Shown piece by piece: positions 23,079-33,976 of a stretch of DNA of 64,000 nt. Positions within the stretch are counted from its first letter, which is position 1; every line of letters begins with the position of its first letter. Where the stretch lies: contig NW_027117339.1 in the NCBI RefSeq assembly GCF_038025025.1, positions 1,736,001-1,800,000 of the forward strand, given 5' to 3'. Position numbers and translations under genes: made by a program. Source of the DNA: Phyllosticta citribraziliensis (Eukaryota). Under the pieces are notes generated by a model. That model was not told the DNA's origin. It ran no database searches and saw nothing but the letters and a program-made list of their open reading frames with translations.

Positions 23079-24284
23079 TCAAGTGGCCCTGACTCCGACC
23101 CCGACGCTGCGTGTTTGGAACAATTCTACAAGTCCGCTACCAGCGCACTCTTCGAGCACCCATTCGAAATTAAGGCCGTAGAAAGTTCTCCACTTTTTTG
23201 TTCGCCCAGGCAAGATGCCAGCAAAGTCACCTCTTGCTTTGCGTGCTTGTGTGGCTATATCTTCGCCAGCGACCCCGCCGTCCCATCGTTCTTTGAGGTG
23301 TGACATGGGGGCCTCTCGATACTTTGACGTTTTGTTTAGGATGTGGAGGAGATGGGCACGCGCAGCGGTGAGTAGTTTCAAGTAAGGGCCCATGGAGGGA
23401 ACCGAAAAACTGTAAGAGCTGTCCTTGGCCTTGACCTTGAGTTGCGTCATAACCCCTCCGCCACTTCCACCCCCAGCAGCATACGTGCCAGAGCCGCCAA
23501 CAGCTTCCACAGAGCCAGACGCTGCTTTGCTGCTAGATTCGATGACGGACATGGAGGCGTTCAGAACTGCTGGGTCTGGTCGAGAGAACAGGCCTGCCTG
23601 GACAGCAGTATTCGCCGAGGTGAGAAGGCCAGCGTTCAACAAAGCCGCAGCCTCCTGTTTGCTCAACAGAGCGGCAGAGATGGCGAGCGACGTTGGATGT
23701 TCATGGAGCAAAGCGATATACTTTTCCTTGAGCTCGTCGTCCAAGTCTGGATGGTTGCGCACTATGCGCTCCCAATCCGACATTAGGACCAAACCTTCGC
23801 CAACAGCGGCACCACCAGACCCAAGCCCAGGAACAAGCACCCTGCGTATGACAGCCTTTCGCACCAACTCGGCGATCTCCCGCTCGGTGACGGTGGGCGA
23901 TCTGCTGAGGGCGTGGACGTGCGCGACCGAAGCGACAGGCGGCAAACGGATGCGGAAGTTCAATACTTCAGCGGTGCGCTGGCCGTTCATGCCCGATGCG
24001 CGCTCTGGCACGGCAGAGAACATTCTGCTTTGAATGTTTTTCACGAACTGAGGGACATCGCGCAGCTCTAGGTCTATGGCCAAAGAAGCGGCCATGCCTG
24101 TGTCATCCAACGGCTCATCCAAGGCGTCATCATCGGCTGCGGCGCTGGTCTTGCGGCGGGGCGTGTCCTTGGTGGGCTTGGACAATGGAGAAGCGTTGTT
24201 TCGGCGGAATAGAGAATGCTTCTTTCGTTGGGCGGGCTTGGCCACGCGGGACGATTTGGCAGGCGTAGTCTGAAAAGAGGACAT
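23079..24284 (-). CDS. STK19: STK19-family protein (winged-helix DNA-binding; historically 'serine/threonine kinase 19')
   Basis: Intronless ORF from MSSFQTT. Family-like blocks SPTVTEREIAELVRKAVIRR, FSVPSMGPYLKLL..ARAHLL, KYREAP..LKERW, WVLEECAGSGLVELFQTRSVG. No kinase motifs. Confidence 0.8.
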   Translation of the reverse strand: MSSFQTTPAKSSRVAKPAQRKKHSLFRRNNASPLSKPTKDTPRRKTSAAADDDALDEPLDDTGMAASLAIDLELRDVPQFVKNIQSRMFSAVPERASGMNGQRTAEVLNFRIRLPPVASVAHVHALSRSPTVTEREIAELVRKAVIRRVLVPGLGSGGAAVGEGLVLMSDWERIVRNHPDLDDELKEKYIALLHEHPTSLAISAALLSKQEAAALLNAGLLTSANTAVQAGLFSRPDPAVLNASMSVIESSSKAASGSVEAVGGSGTYAAGGGSGGGVMTQLKVKAKDSSYSFSVPSMGPYLKLLTAARAHLLHILNKTSKYREAPMSHLKERWDGGVAGEDIATQARKARGDFAGILPGRTKKWRTFYGLNFEWVLEECAGSGLVELFQTRSVGVGVRAT

Positions 24285-24612
24285 GGCGATGTCGAAAGAG
24301 GTGAAGGGGAGGAATGGAGACGGTTGTTGCCACAGCAGTGCAGTACATGCGGTGCAGGTCGACGAAAGGGCCTGACTCAGCTGTGGCTGGGGCACGCGCG
24401 GGCCCATTCACATGCGCCTGGCGTCAGTGGACCGAACCTGGCACAGCCCAGCAACGACATCATCACCACTGCAGCTTCCGGTTCGCTGTGGCTTCCTCGT
24501 TTTCCCTGCCGTGCCTTGCACCTTTCGTACAATCCTGCGCCCCGTTCCCCTCATTCCTCGCTCAACAACACCCTTCGACTTTGTCTGTAATCATTCCCAC
24601 ACCTTTGCCTTC

Positions 24613-26225
24613 ATGGCCGACACCATGTCCAAATCCTACGCCGAGGCGGCCGAGAAGCCTGCTGCCTTGCACATCCCATCGGTTCCGCCCACCAACGGCA
24701 AAAAGATCGCCTCCAAGAACTCCAAATCCAACCTGACGGCCCCACCAAAGCATGGTGCGCCCAATCCCGAGAAATCGTATGCCGACGCTGCTGTCGAGCC
24801 TCCGACTACGAACCAGCCCAATGGCACAAGCACCAATGGAACAGCAAACGCCAAGGGGCAAGACGGATTGCGCAAGAGAAAGGGCTCCGTCGGCAAGCCC
24901 AAAGGCGGACAATCGGAAAGCTGGTGGACCCCGAACGGCAAGAAGAAAGACCCGCCTGCCAATAAGGAAAAGGCTGCGCCCAAAGAACACGCCGTTGTCT
25001 ATGACAAGCTCGAGGGACCCGACGGCCAGCGCTTGATGAGTGTAAAGCCCGACGACAATTTTGAAGAGTCCCTCAGACAAGACAAGAAGGAACAGAAGCC
25101 CGAGTGGGAGAAATCCGAGCTCACCAGTGGTAGAAGAGCGGGCGCTGGATGGGATTCGAGCGGGTCAGTTACCCTTGCCTTCGCCATGGCGGAAAAGTTG
25201 ACATCCACAGAATCCGATGGGCTCCCCTGAATGTTCCCCTGAAACGCCGCCTGCAAACACTCATGGTTCTCTTTCACACCTTGACCATCGTTTGCTTCCT
25301 TGCTCTGTACTTCCTCATGTGCTCCATCCCCTTCCTATGGCCCATCATCTTCCCTTACACCATCTACGTTCTCTTCTCCAACGCGGGCACATCCGGGAAC
25401 CTACGACACCGCTCAAACTGGTTCCGCCGGAGCCCAATCTGGTCTCTCTATGCCTCGTACTTTCCTGCGCGGCTGCACCGCACCACCGAGCTGCCACCCA
25501 CACGCAAGTACATCTTTGGCTATCATCCGCACGGTATCCTGTCACATGGAGCCTTTGCAGCTTTTGCTACCGAAGCCCTTGGCTTTTCGCAACTGTTCCC
25601 TGGCATCACCAACTCCCTGCTGACTCTCGATTCCAACTTCCGTATCCCCATCCATCGCGATTACCTCCTGCGCCTCGGTCTGGCATCAGTTTCACGCGAG
25701 TCGTGTGAAAACCTCCTCTCCAAAGGTGGTCCCAACGGCGAAGGCATGGGTCGCGCCATCACAATCGTCATTGGCGGTGCGCGCGAATCTCTTGACGCCG
25801 CTCCGGGCCAACTCCGTCTCGTTCTCTCCCGGCGCAAAGGCTTCGTCAAGATGGCGATTCGCACAGGTGCCGACCTTGTCCCTGTCCTTTGCTTTGGAGA
25901 AAACGAGCTCTATGAACAGCTGGACCCTCAGCACCATCCGCGCGTCCACAAGATCCAACTCCTCGTCAAGAAGTTCATGGGATTCACCGTGCCACTCTTC
26001 CACGCCCGCGGCGTTTTCAACTACGATGTGGGCATGATGCCTTACCGTCGGCCGCTCAACGTTGTGGTCGGCCGCCCGGTCAAGGTGGAGCAGCAAACGA
26101 CACCAGACCCGGCGTACGTGGACGAGATGCATGCGCAGTACGTGCGCGAGCTGAGGCGCCTGTGGGACGACTGGAAGGACACGTTTGCCAAGGAACGTAC
26201 GGGCGAGCTGGAGATTGTCGAGTAG
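24613..26225 (+). CDS. DGA1: Diacylglycerol O-acyltransferase 2 (DGAT2)
   Basis: Intron 25164-25210. Motifs WAPLNVPLKRRLQT, YFP, YIFGYHPHG, GGARESL, RKGFVKMA, VPVLCFGENELY, PYRRPLNVVVGRP. Alternative ATG at 24625. Confidence 0.96.
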
Positions 26226-26775
26226 CGAGGTGGATCAGCAAGTTATGATCTTTTCACTGAAGCCTGGAAGCACTGTCTGAACATTTTCTTTTCCTGTTCC
26301 ACCGGCTTTTCTCTTACTGTTTTAGGTTGAGCATGGAGTAGCGCTGCGGAGCCGGCATCATTGACGCAGCGAGGAACCGAGCGAGCAAAGAAACGCAAAA
26401 ACTAGTAGCAACAACTACGACGTCATGAATACCTTGGGTTGTCTTTCTCTGCAACGCGTTGGCCAGACGGGAGAGACGATTTGAAAGAAGGACGGGCGGC
26501 GAATACGGTGCGTGACGGCTGGATAGAATTGGGACTATAGCTTTTTAGAGGACAACAAGCGAAATAGATGGACATGTTACCTCATGGCACTCTGCAAGTG
26601 TCCGCACTGAAAGCGGGTGCTCCGTACTTGGCCCGGCATTGTTTGAGGCGTGATGGAGATGTCTCAAGCCCTCGCGCGACAGCAGAGATGCCCATGACGA
26701 GCGAGCAAGTGCCCACGCACTGGCAGTCTGTCTCCCTGGTTTACGCGGCACGCGATTGTCTGCTACCCTTGACAA

Positions 26776-26809
<34 letters not shown>

Positions 26810-28080
26810 TGCAAAAGTGCCTGGGTGGTGCTGGTGCTCCCGCCTGGAAAACGACCACGCGCTCAGTCCATCAATTATCGCAATAATGGGAAGAAATCAG
26901 GCCATGCCAAGATGTCAATTTGAAAAGGTGGAGGGAGTCGAAGTCGAACCTCTTGGAAACCTTGCACCTCTGTTCCCGTGGACCAGTAGTGGAGTGCACC
27001 GCAGTTGGTCGGGCCCGCTAACGTCATTGGTCGGAGGGGGGGGGGTTCCAGGAGGTCGAGGAAGAGGTTGGAGTTTTCGACTTGTATGGCGAAAGAGAAC
27101 AGGTCACGCAGGTAATGTAGAGGCTTGCGGATGGGCGGAATGTACACATGGCATGGTTTTGATGTAAATCTCTTGTTGGAACAGCCGAGTGGTTGGTAGG
27201 ACGCTGACACGTGCATGTGGTGGGATGTTAGGTACATAGTCGGGCGGCACACCTTGATCCAACCACCTCGTGGTCGTTGAGTTACGTGATGTCAAACCCC
27301 AAACCGAACCAACAACCAAGCCAAGCTCCTTTCCCCAACTCACCGCAGACAGCAAGACGTCCCACGTGTTGTTCTGTCGTGCCTTGTCATTTCACTTATT
27401 TTTCTTCTTCTTTCTGTGCGGCTGCCTTGGTAACTATCAGCCCTTCGTTCTCCACGTCTCCCTGCCTGTCATCGTCGTGTCCATGCGCCGTCCGTTTCTT
27501 TTCTCCTCCTCTTGTTTGTCATTTGGCCTGATTACAATGCAAATTGTACGGATGCTGTACTGTGCTGTACATACGGGAGAGCGAGTAGGTACAGACAGAC
27601 CGAGTGTAGAAAGAAAAGGAAAGCGAGAAAAAAGTTGAACCACCTGAGCGTCCATTGGTCCCGTGTTGCAGTCGGTAGAAACTCAAACAGACCAACATGT
27701 ACATGGCAAAATGTAAACGTGCTCAGATCCAGCAAGCAACGTCCATCGATGATGAGGACACATGGGAAATAAAGGGCGCGTCGAGCAGCTTGTGGGGGAT
27801 TGACGCTCCGCAGTGCTCATGCTTCCAATGTCACCACGAAATTAGGCGGCGGTGGCAAAAGAAATCAATGGAGGCTCTTTTTCTCTCAACATTGAAGACT
27901 CCCTGTCCTTTTCTGCCCTGCCCCATCCCATCCCGTCCAGCCAGCCAGCCAGCCCCAGCCCCTGCGCCTGTGCCGCCACCCGAGCAACGAATAAGTTTAC
28001 GCATCTTCCGCAGATGCGTCAAGGGTATCCTCAGATTGAACCTTTTCTACTTTCCCTACAATCCCAAGGAGTCGCACTGA

Positions 28081-29411
28081 TCAGTCATCATTCTCGTAGT
28101 CGGGGTTGGACGGCTTAAGGCCATCCTTACGGATGGGGATCTTGATTCCTTGACTCGCAAAACATTTGCTGAGCGGGGTGCTTTCTATGACCCCCGGGAA
28201 CTTTTTGGCGCTGTAGACTTGGAACGAGTCGCTAAAGACTGAAGCCAGGACTGGCGCTTTGCCCTGGTTGAGGCCGTTGCCGCCGATGGATCCCACGTTG
28301 ACAAAGTTCATCTTCAGCCTGCACTGAAATTAGCAGGGGAACTTCCCATCTGTAATCAATTACGACTTACCGAAACATGCCTTCGGTACGGACAGAAAGA
28401 TCTTGAAGAACAAACCAGAAACCCTGGTGGCCACTGGGATCAAGCAAGCGGAAGGCGTTCACACTAAGACTGCCAATCAGGTTGCGCGTGAACATGCCGG
28501 TTGCCGAATTGTTCGTTGCGGGTGGCATTGGGACCACGGGCAAGTTCGGCGCCTGCACAGAATAGCCAGGCTGTGGCGGATACTGAGAATACTGCATCTG
28601 AGATGCGACTGGGGTAGGAGGAGCGTAGCCTTGGGGATAGCCAGCCGGCATTTGGGGAGCCATGCCTGGAGGCATGTGCGCCACGGGCGCCATGTACCCC
28701 GAAGGTCCTGGCGCATGGTATGAGCCAGGGCGTTGCGGCATGGACATGGCGTAAGGTCCTGGGTCTTGCCAACCTCGCTCGATTGGTGGAGGGTACGACG
28801 TGAGAGTGCTTGTGGAAATGGAAATTGTCGGTGCACCAGAAGATGCGCGGACCAGGTTGACTTCTTGACGACCATCATGCGACCACAAGTCTACGGTCAA
28901 GACGAAGAATGTGGATTCGACCTCACTGGAAGAGGTAAGAATGGAAACTGGCGGCACACAGTCATGAACGGAACTTACTCAAAGGGCACTTCTTGCCCAG
29001 ACAAGTCTCTGACTATCAAACGAATACAAGGCGGTGGCGTAATAGGTCGGCGGTCCTGGAATAGACGTTAGAGTCGTGTTGCACGGCCTTGGAGGCATTG
29101 AGACGTACCTTGTCGCCAAAGCCACACATTCGCGCGCGTATGGGCTGCTGCTCAACTCGTAGCTCGAATTTCCTGCCGCCCGACTCGCCGATATATGGTG
29201 CAAGAGAGGCCTCGCTGGGAGGAGGCGCGTAATGATGTTGGGCGTGCTGAGTAACTGGCATGCTGTACATGGTGTGGCTGCTGGCCGTGTTTGAGGAGGA
29301 CGCGCTGAGGGGACTTGTGTGCTCGTTCATGGGCATGTTCGGAGGAGGAGGATAGGCACCGGTGGAAGGTCCGGGACCTATTGGGTAGGGGTGCTCTCTT
29401 CGCGGTTGCAT
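28081..29411 (-). CDS. velB: Velvet complex subunit VelB (split velvet domain)
   Basis: Introns 29108-29056, 28978-28926 and 28370-28319. VEQQPIRARMCGFGDKDRRPITPPPCIRL...FFVLTVDLW, then a Pro/Tyr-rich insert, then FTRNLIGSL..WFVLQDLSVRTEGMFRL..FQVYSAKKFPGVIESTPLSKCFASQGIKIPIRKD. Confidence 0.93.
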
Positions 29412-30099
29412 GCTGATATTTATGCAGAGATTGGGCAAGTCTCAAGGGCGGCTGAAAATCGTTGGGGCGCAAGAAGCACAGAACAAAGGCGGCAGCTTCT
29501 TTGGAACGGCAGCTACAGCTGGACGTGAATGGCGTGGACTGGACAAATGAACGGAAGCGAGGAGCGATCAAGAGAGGTGGGAGCGAAGGCGCGCGCGGGC
29601 GCGGAAGGAGAAGAGCAGAGCAGGGATCTGTGGCACTGCACTCACTGCGCGCACGAGCGGCGAGGCGAGGCGAGGCGGAGCGATGGTCGAGGTTCGGGAG
29701 CTGAAGCGCAAGGCAGGCTGAGAAGGAGGGACGGGAGGCTCAAAGTGCGGGCGGCGAGGGCGGTTACTCGGTGGGATTTTGGACGAGTCCCATGGCAGAG
29801 GGAGGGCGACCGTGTGAAGAAGAGGCGGGCGTGGGTAGAGGGAGACGAGAGCCAGCTGTGTGGTTGGGCAGATGGGCAGTATGCACCGACGTTGCACGAC
29901 CGTTGGTGGTGGGAGGACGTCGATCGGTTCAACGGCGCGTCGAGGGCGAGAGGGAGGGCGGGAGGGAGGGACGGGTGACGGATGAGGACGAGGACGAAGA
30001 CGTGGGCGAGGACGAGGACGAGAGCCAGCGGTAGAGAGAAACGGAGCGGAGGTTGAGGTGAGGCAAGGCAGGTACTTGGTGGTTTGGTTTGGTGCCAGG

Positions 30100-30145
30100 T
30101 GCCAGCCCAGTGCCAGTGCCAGTGCCAGAGCCAGAGCCAGGCCAG
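30100..30145. repeat. (GCCAGW)n hexamer microsatellite upstream of velB
   Basis: GCCAGT/GCCAGA repeated about 7 times. Confidence 0.8.
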
Positions 30146-31050
30146 GGAGCGGGCGTGGGGACGGGAGAGCGAGTCAAGGGAGACCGCTTCGAGACTGACT
30201 GACTGCAAAAGCGCTTTCGTCCGGCCAGGCTCGCCGCTTTCTTTTTGCGGCGCCCTTGGGCCATCCCTTGGTGTCGTCCCAGTCTTTCTTCGCGCTACCT
30301 GTCACATTGCTTCGGCCTGGCGTCTGTGGTCTGTCCTGAAGGCGTCCACCCCGCCGCGGGCCGCACACGCGAGTCGGAGCTTAGGTTAGCTTTGCAACTG
30401 AAGCCATTATGATTTCCTGTCTTCAATTTGCAGATGGATGCTCCCGGGATCATCTGCTGTGGATTCCAACTGATGAAGGGAGCTGGGCCCCACCAGGTGT
30501 TTGTTTTTTTCCACTTTTCCTTTCCATTTCTCATTTTTTTGTCCCCCCCCTCCTTCCCCTCCAAGGCTGCCCACTCTCCACCCAGCTCCCCGACTCCTGG
30601 AAGCACGACAAGGCCGCCATTCGCCGCCACATGCAGTTCCAAATCCACGTCAGCGTATCCCGCCCCGGCTCCGTCCTGTCGGTGACGAGCTGCAGCCACC
30701 GTGTGCCCGCCCCTCCCTCCCATCGCTGCCGTCCCTCAGCTGTCAACCTCACCCAGTGCTGCAACAAGAGTCTCGTCATGCACATTTCATTGATTTTCCA
30801 TCTACAATTCTCTTGCACGCTTGAATCTAGAGCCAAAGAACCAATGTTTGGGAAGTCGTCGCCGCCGCCGCCACTGTATCCAGCATGCCCAACCTTGACC
30901 ACTCCGCTCCGAATGCTCCTCGTCAGCAAACACCCCTCAAAACCCCCCCCATATCCTCTGCAGAGAGGAAATAAGAAAAGTGCCTCATGCAGCAGTTGCC
31001 ACGTTCGGAGCTACCCCCTCTCCCACTCCATGTGGTCCCTGTCGCAGCCT

Positions 31051-33511
31051 TCAACCAAAGTGAAACAGCGTCTGCTTCTTGTTTCGGTTACCCTTCTTCT
31101 TGGATCCGGGGAACGTTGCCTCGTCGCCCGCCGCACCCGCACCTGCTGCCTCGCTGCTAGACCCACCTGCGCCCCAAGCGTTGACCGAAGGCGCCGGTCC
31201 ATTGATGCTGCGGACTGCCCTGCCATTGTACCCAGGCGTAAAGACGTTGGCCGTCGGCTTCTTCGCTGCCGGTAGCGCCGGGAATGCGTCCTCCGTCTTC
31301 TTTGCGAGGTTGGTCCCAGATGATGCCCGTGACGCCATTGGCGAGGGCCTGCCCGATGATGCCGCCGACGCTCCCCCCCAGCCGCTCGATGACCCTTGGC
31401 CGGTCCGACTCGACGACGCCGCACCGTTGCTTGAGAGCGGCGGAAACAGGTTCGGGCTCGGCGTGTTCTTGGGACTGGGTCCTTGGCCTGCGGATCCCCA
31501 GCTGCCCTTTTGGCTGACGGCTGACCGCGACGATTGCGCCGTCGAGCTCTTGAGCTTCAGGACCCTCGACCCTCCCGCCCCGGCGGCCGAAGCCGCGCTC
31601 CCGCTCCCGCTCGCGCTAGGCAGGGATGGGTAATCTTCGTTGATCGCCTTCCAGTCGTTCCAAGCCTTGAGCAGTCCGTCCCGCTTGCCGGGAATCTCGA
31701 AAATCTCTGCCAGTTCCTTGACCAGCTTGCCCAATTCCGCCGAGCTCGTGTCGAACAGAGCAAAGAACCCTTCGACCAGCTGCGCCGCCGTCATCGACCC
31801 ATTCTTGTAGAGCGACACCTTGTTGCGAAATTCAGCCACCTTGGTCTGATCATTGCGAAGCATGCTTGACGCCCTTTCCGTGACGGCATTGTGTCTAAGC
31901 CTGCGAGCCTGCTCCTGGGGCGTTTCTGTTGCTGGCGATGCCGTCCTGGCCGGCTCTGCGCCGTCGCGAATGGACAAGGACGACAAGGATGGAAATGCGT
32001 CTTCTGCGACGGGTCGAGGTGCCGTCACAGTGGGTGGCTCCTGGGCTCTAGGCGGCGCCCTAGCTGCAAACGCGTCGGCGGGCGTCGACGTGAGTTGGCC
32101 GCCAAAAGTCCTCGACGTGACTGATTGCGCGCTCTGGATCGCCATTTGCCGCTGGTACGCCAGCTCGTCCCGGCGGAGTGGTTGTGCAGAAGACTGGGGT
32201 AGAGGCTCAGCGTTTGGATCACGTCCCCGGCCCCGACCGCGACCCTGTCTGCCACCTCGATCCTCGTGAGGTGCGCGAAGGTTGAATCCAGACATGTCGA
32301 CTCTGCGAGCGTCCCTTCGGGCATCTTTGGACAAGCCATTGGGATGCGACTCCAGCTGGTGAGCCTTGAGATCCATTTCCGATTCGAACACAACGAACTT
32401 CTTCTCGAGACACTCAGAGTCCGGGCACATGAAATGATCCTTCTTGAAATGAAGCTCGAGGGCGTCGTAGTTGACGTAGTATTGCGGTTGGCGTCCTCCG
32501 TTCCGTCGATCGCAGATGTGACACCTCTCGTGCTTGTCGCGACAGTGCATGTACAGCTCGTCGTCGCCATAGAATCGCTGTCTGCAGAAACCGCACTCTG
32601 GATGTCCTTTGAAGCCGCTCTGGTCAACGGCGCCAGGATTGTCGTCCCCAAACTTTTCGTGTTTGCGCAATTCACTGACGGTGAAGAGCTCGTGCTCGTG
32701 GGTAAACACTTTTTTGTTCCGGGTGCAGAGGTCACACATGACCTTGTGGTGCACGCTTTTCACATGGCGATGAAGGTCAGGCCACCCCAAACATGCGACA
32801 TCACAGGATTCGTCGGGACAGTTGTATCGCAGCAAAAGGACCGTGTCTTCGCAGATGTCGGTGCTCTCGTACTTGATGCCCAGGTTGCTATCGGTGCTTG
32901 TAAGCTCACTGGTAGCAAAATCTTCGAACCGTTTGTTTGCATCATCCGTGAAGATGACAAAGTCAGAAGGTGTCTAGGTAGTTGTTAGTACCATCTATCA
33001 AACCAACAAGCTGGAAACTAACACGACAGTGAGCGCAAGCTTTGTTCTTGTAGAGAGCCCTCAATCTCAGCGAGCAAATATGACAAGTTCGGTGGTTACA
33101 AGGCGCGATGGACTGATGGACGACTGGCGATGCGCAAATGAAGCAGATTTCGGCCTCCGGGTCTTCTTCTCCGTCTTGTGCTGGTGTCTTGCCCTTTTTG
33201 CCGAAGGCTTCCTGTGAAGTGGCCGGCTGCGTCAACTGGGAGCCGAAATGACCGCGATTCGCATTTGGGCTGGAAGTGTTTGCAGGCTCTTCAGCCGTAG
33301 CAGTCCGCGTGTTGTCTGAACGAGCTCCATTATTGCCACGGCCACGCCCTCCACGACGGCCTCCTCGGCCTCGGCTGCCCTCGCCTGCAGCCGGAGCCGG
33401 ATCCTCTGCGCTTCTATCGACGCCTTGGGCCCGTCCCCTGCCCCTTCCCCTGCGTCCAGGATTTGTCGAGTCGACGTTTGTAGTGGCAGAGGTTTCTACG
33501 GTGGCGGACAT
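31051..33511 (-). CDS. HEL2: Ribosome quality-control E3 ubiquitin ligase Hel2/ZNF598
   Basis: RING CFICA..IAPCNHRTCHICSLRLRALYKNKACAHCR; intron 33022-32974; C2H2 fingers with GFKGHPECGFC, HCRDKHERCHIC, CLEKKFVVF; C-terminal KKGNRNKKQTLFHFG. Confidence 0.95.
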
Positions 33512-33976
33512 GTTGCGAGATGTTCCCAAAGGCGACACAAGGGACGATTGGGCGGCAAGCAGGGGTTCAAGTTGAAAACGCGTTTGCGGCAAAGGTGGGC
33601 GGATTTCGAGCCAAAGAAACGGGCGTGCAGTTCAGCCAGGACCCGATTTTCGAAGAGAGCGAGGAGGAAGTCAAGCTGCGGGTGTTTGGCGAGAGAAGGG
33701 GTGGGTGGGCGAAGACTGGAGTCCAACAAAGGTGGTAAGGTGAGGATGGCGGAGGAGAGCGGCGGAGCTCGAAATTGTCTTTCGCGACGGCGGTGATGAC
33801 GCGGGGCAAACGATCATCGCCAACAGTCTTGGCGCGGCCTTATTGCATGCCCTCTCCCTCCCCCGACAGCTCAGCACCAAAGCACATCTCGAGGTACCCC
33901 TTTTGCTGTTGGTCTGTTGCTCACTTCTAGTCCTTCGTTCGCATTTCTATCGGGTTGACAGGGCTAGCTCGTCACT

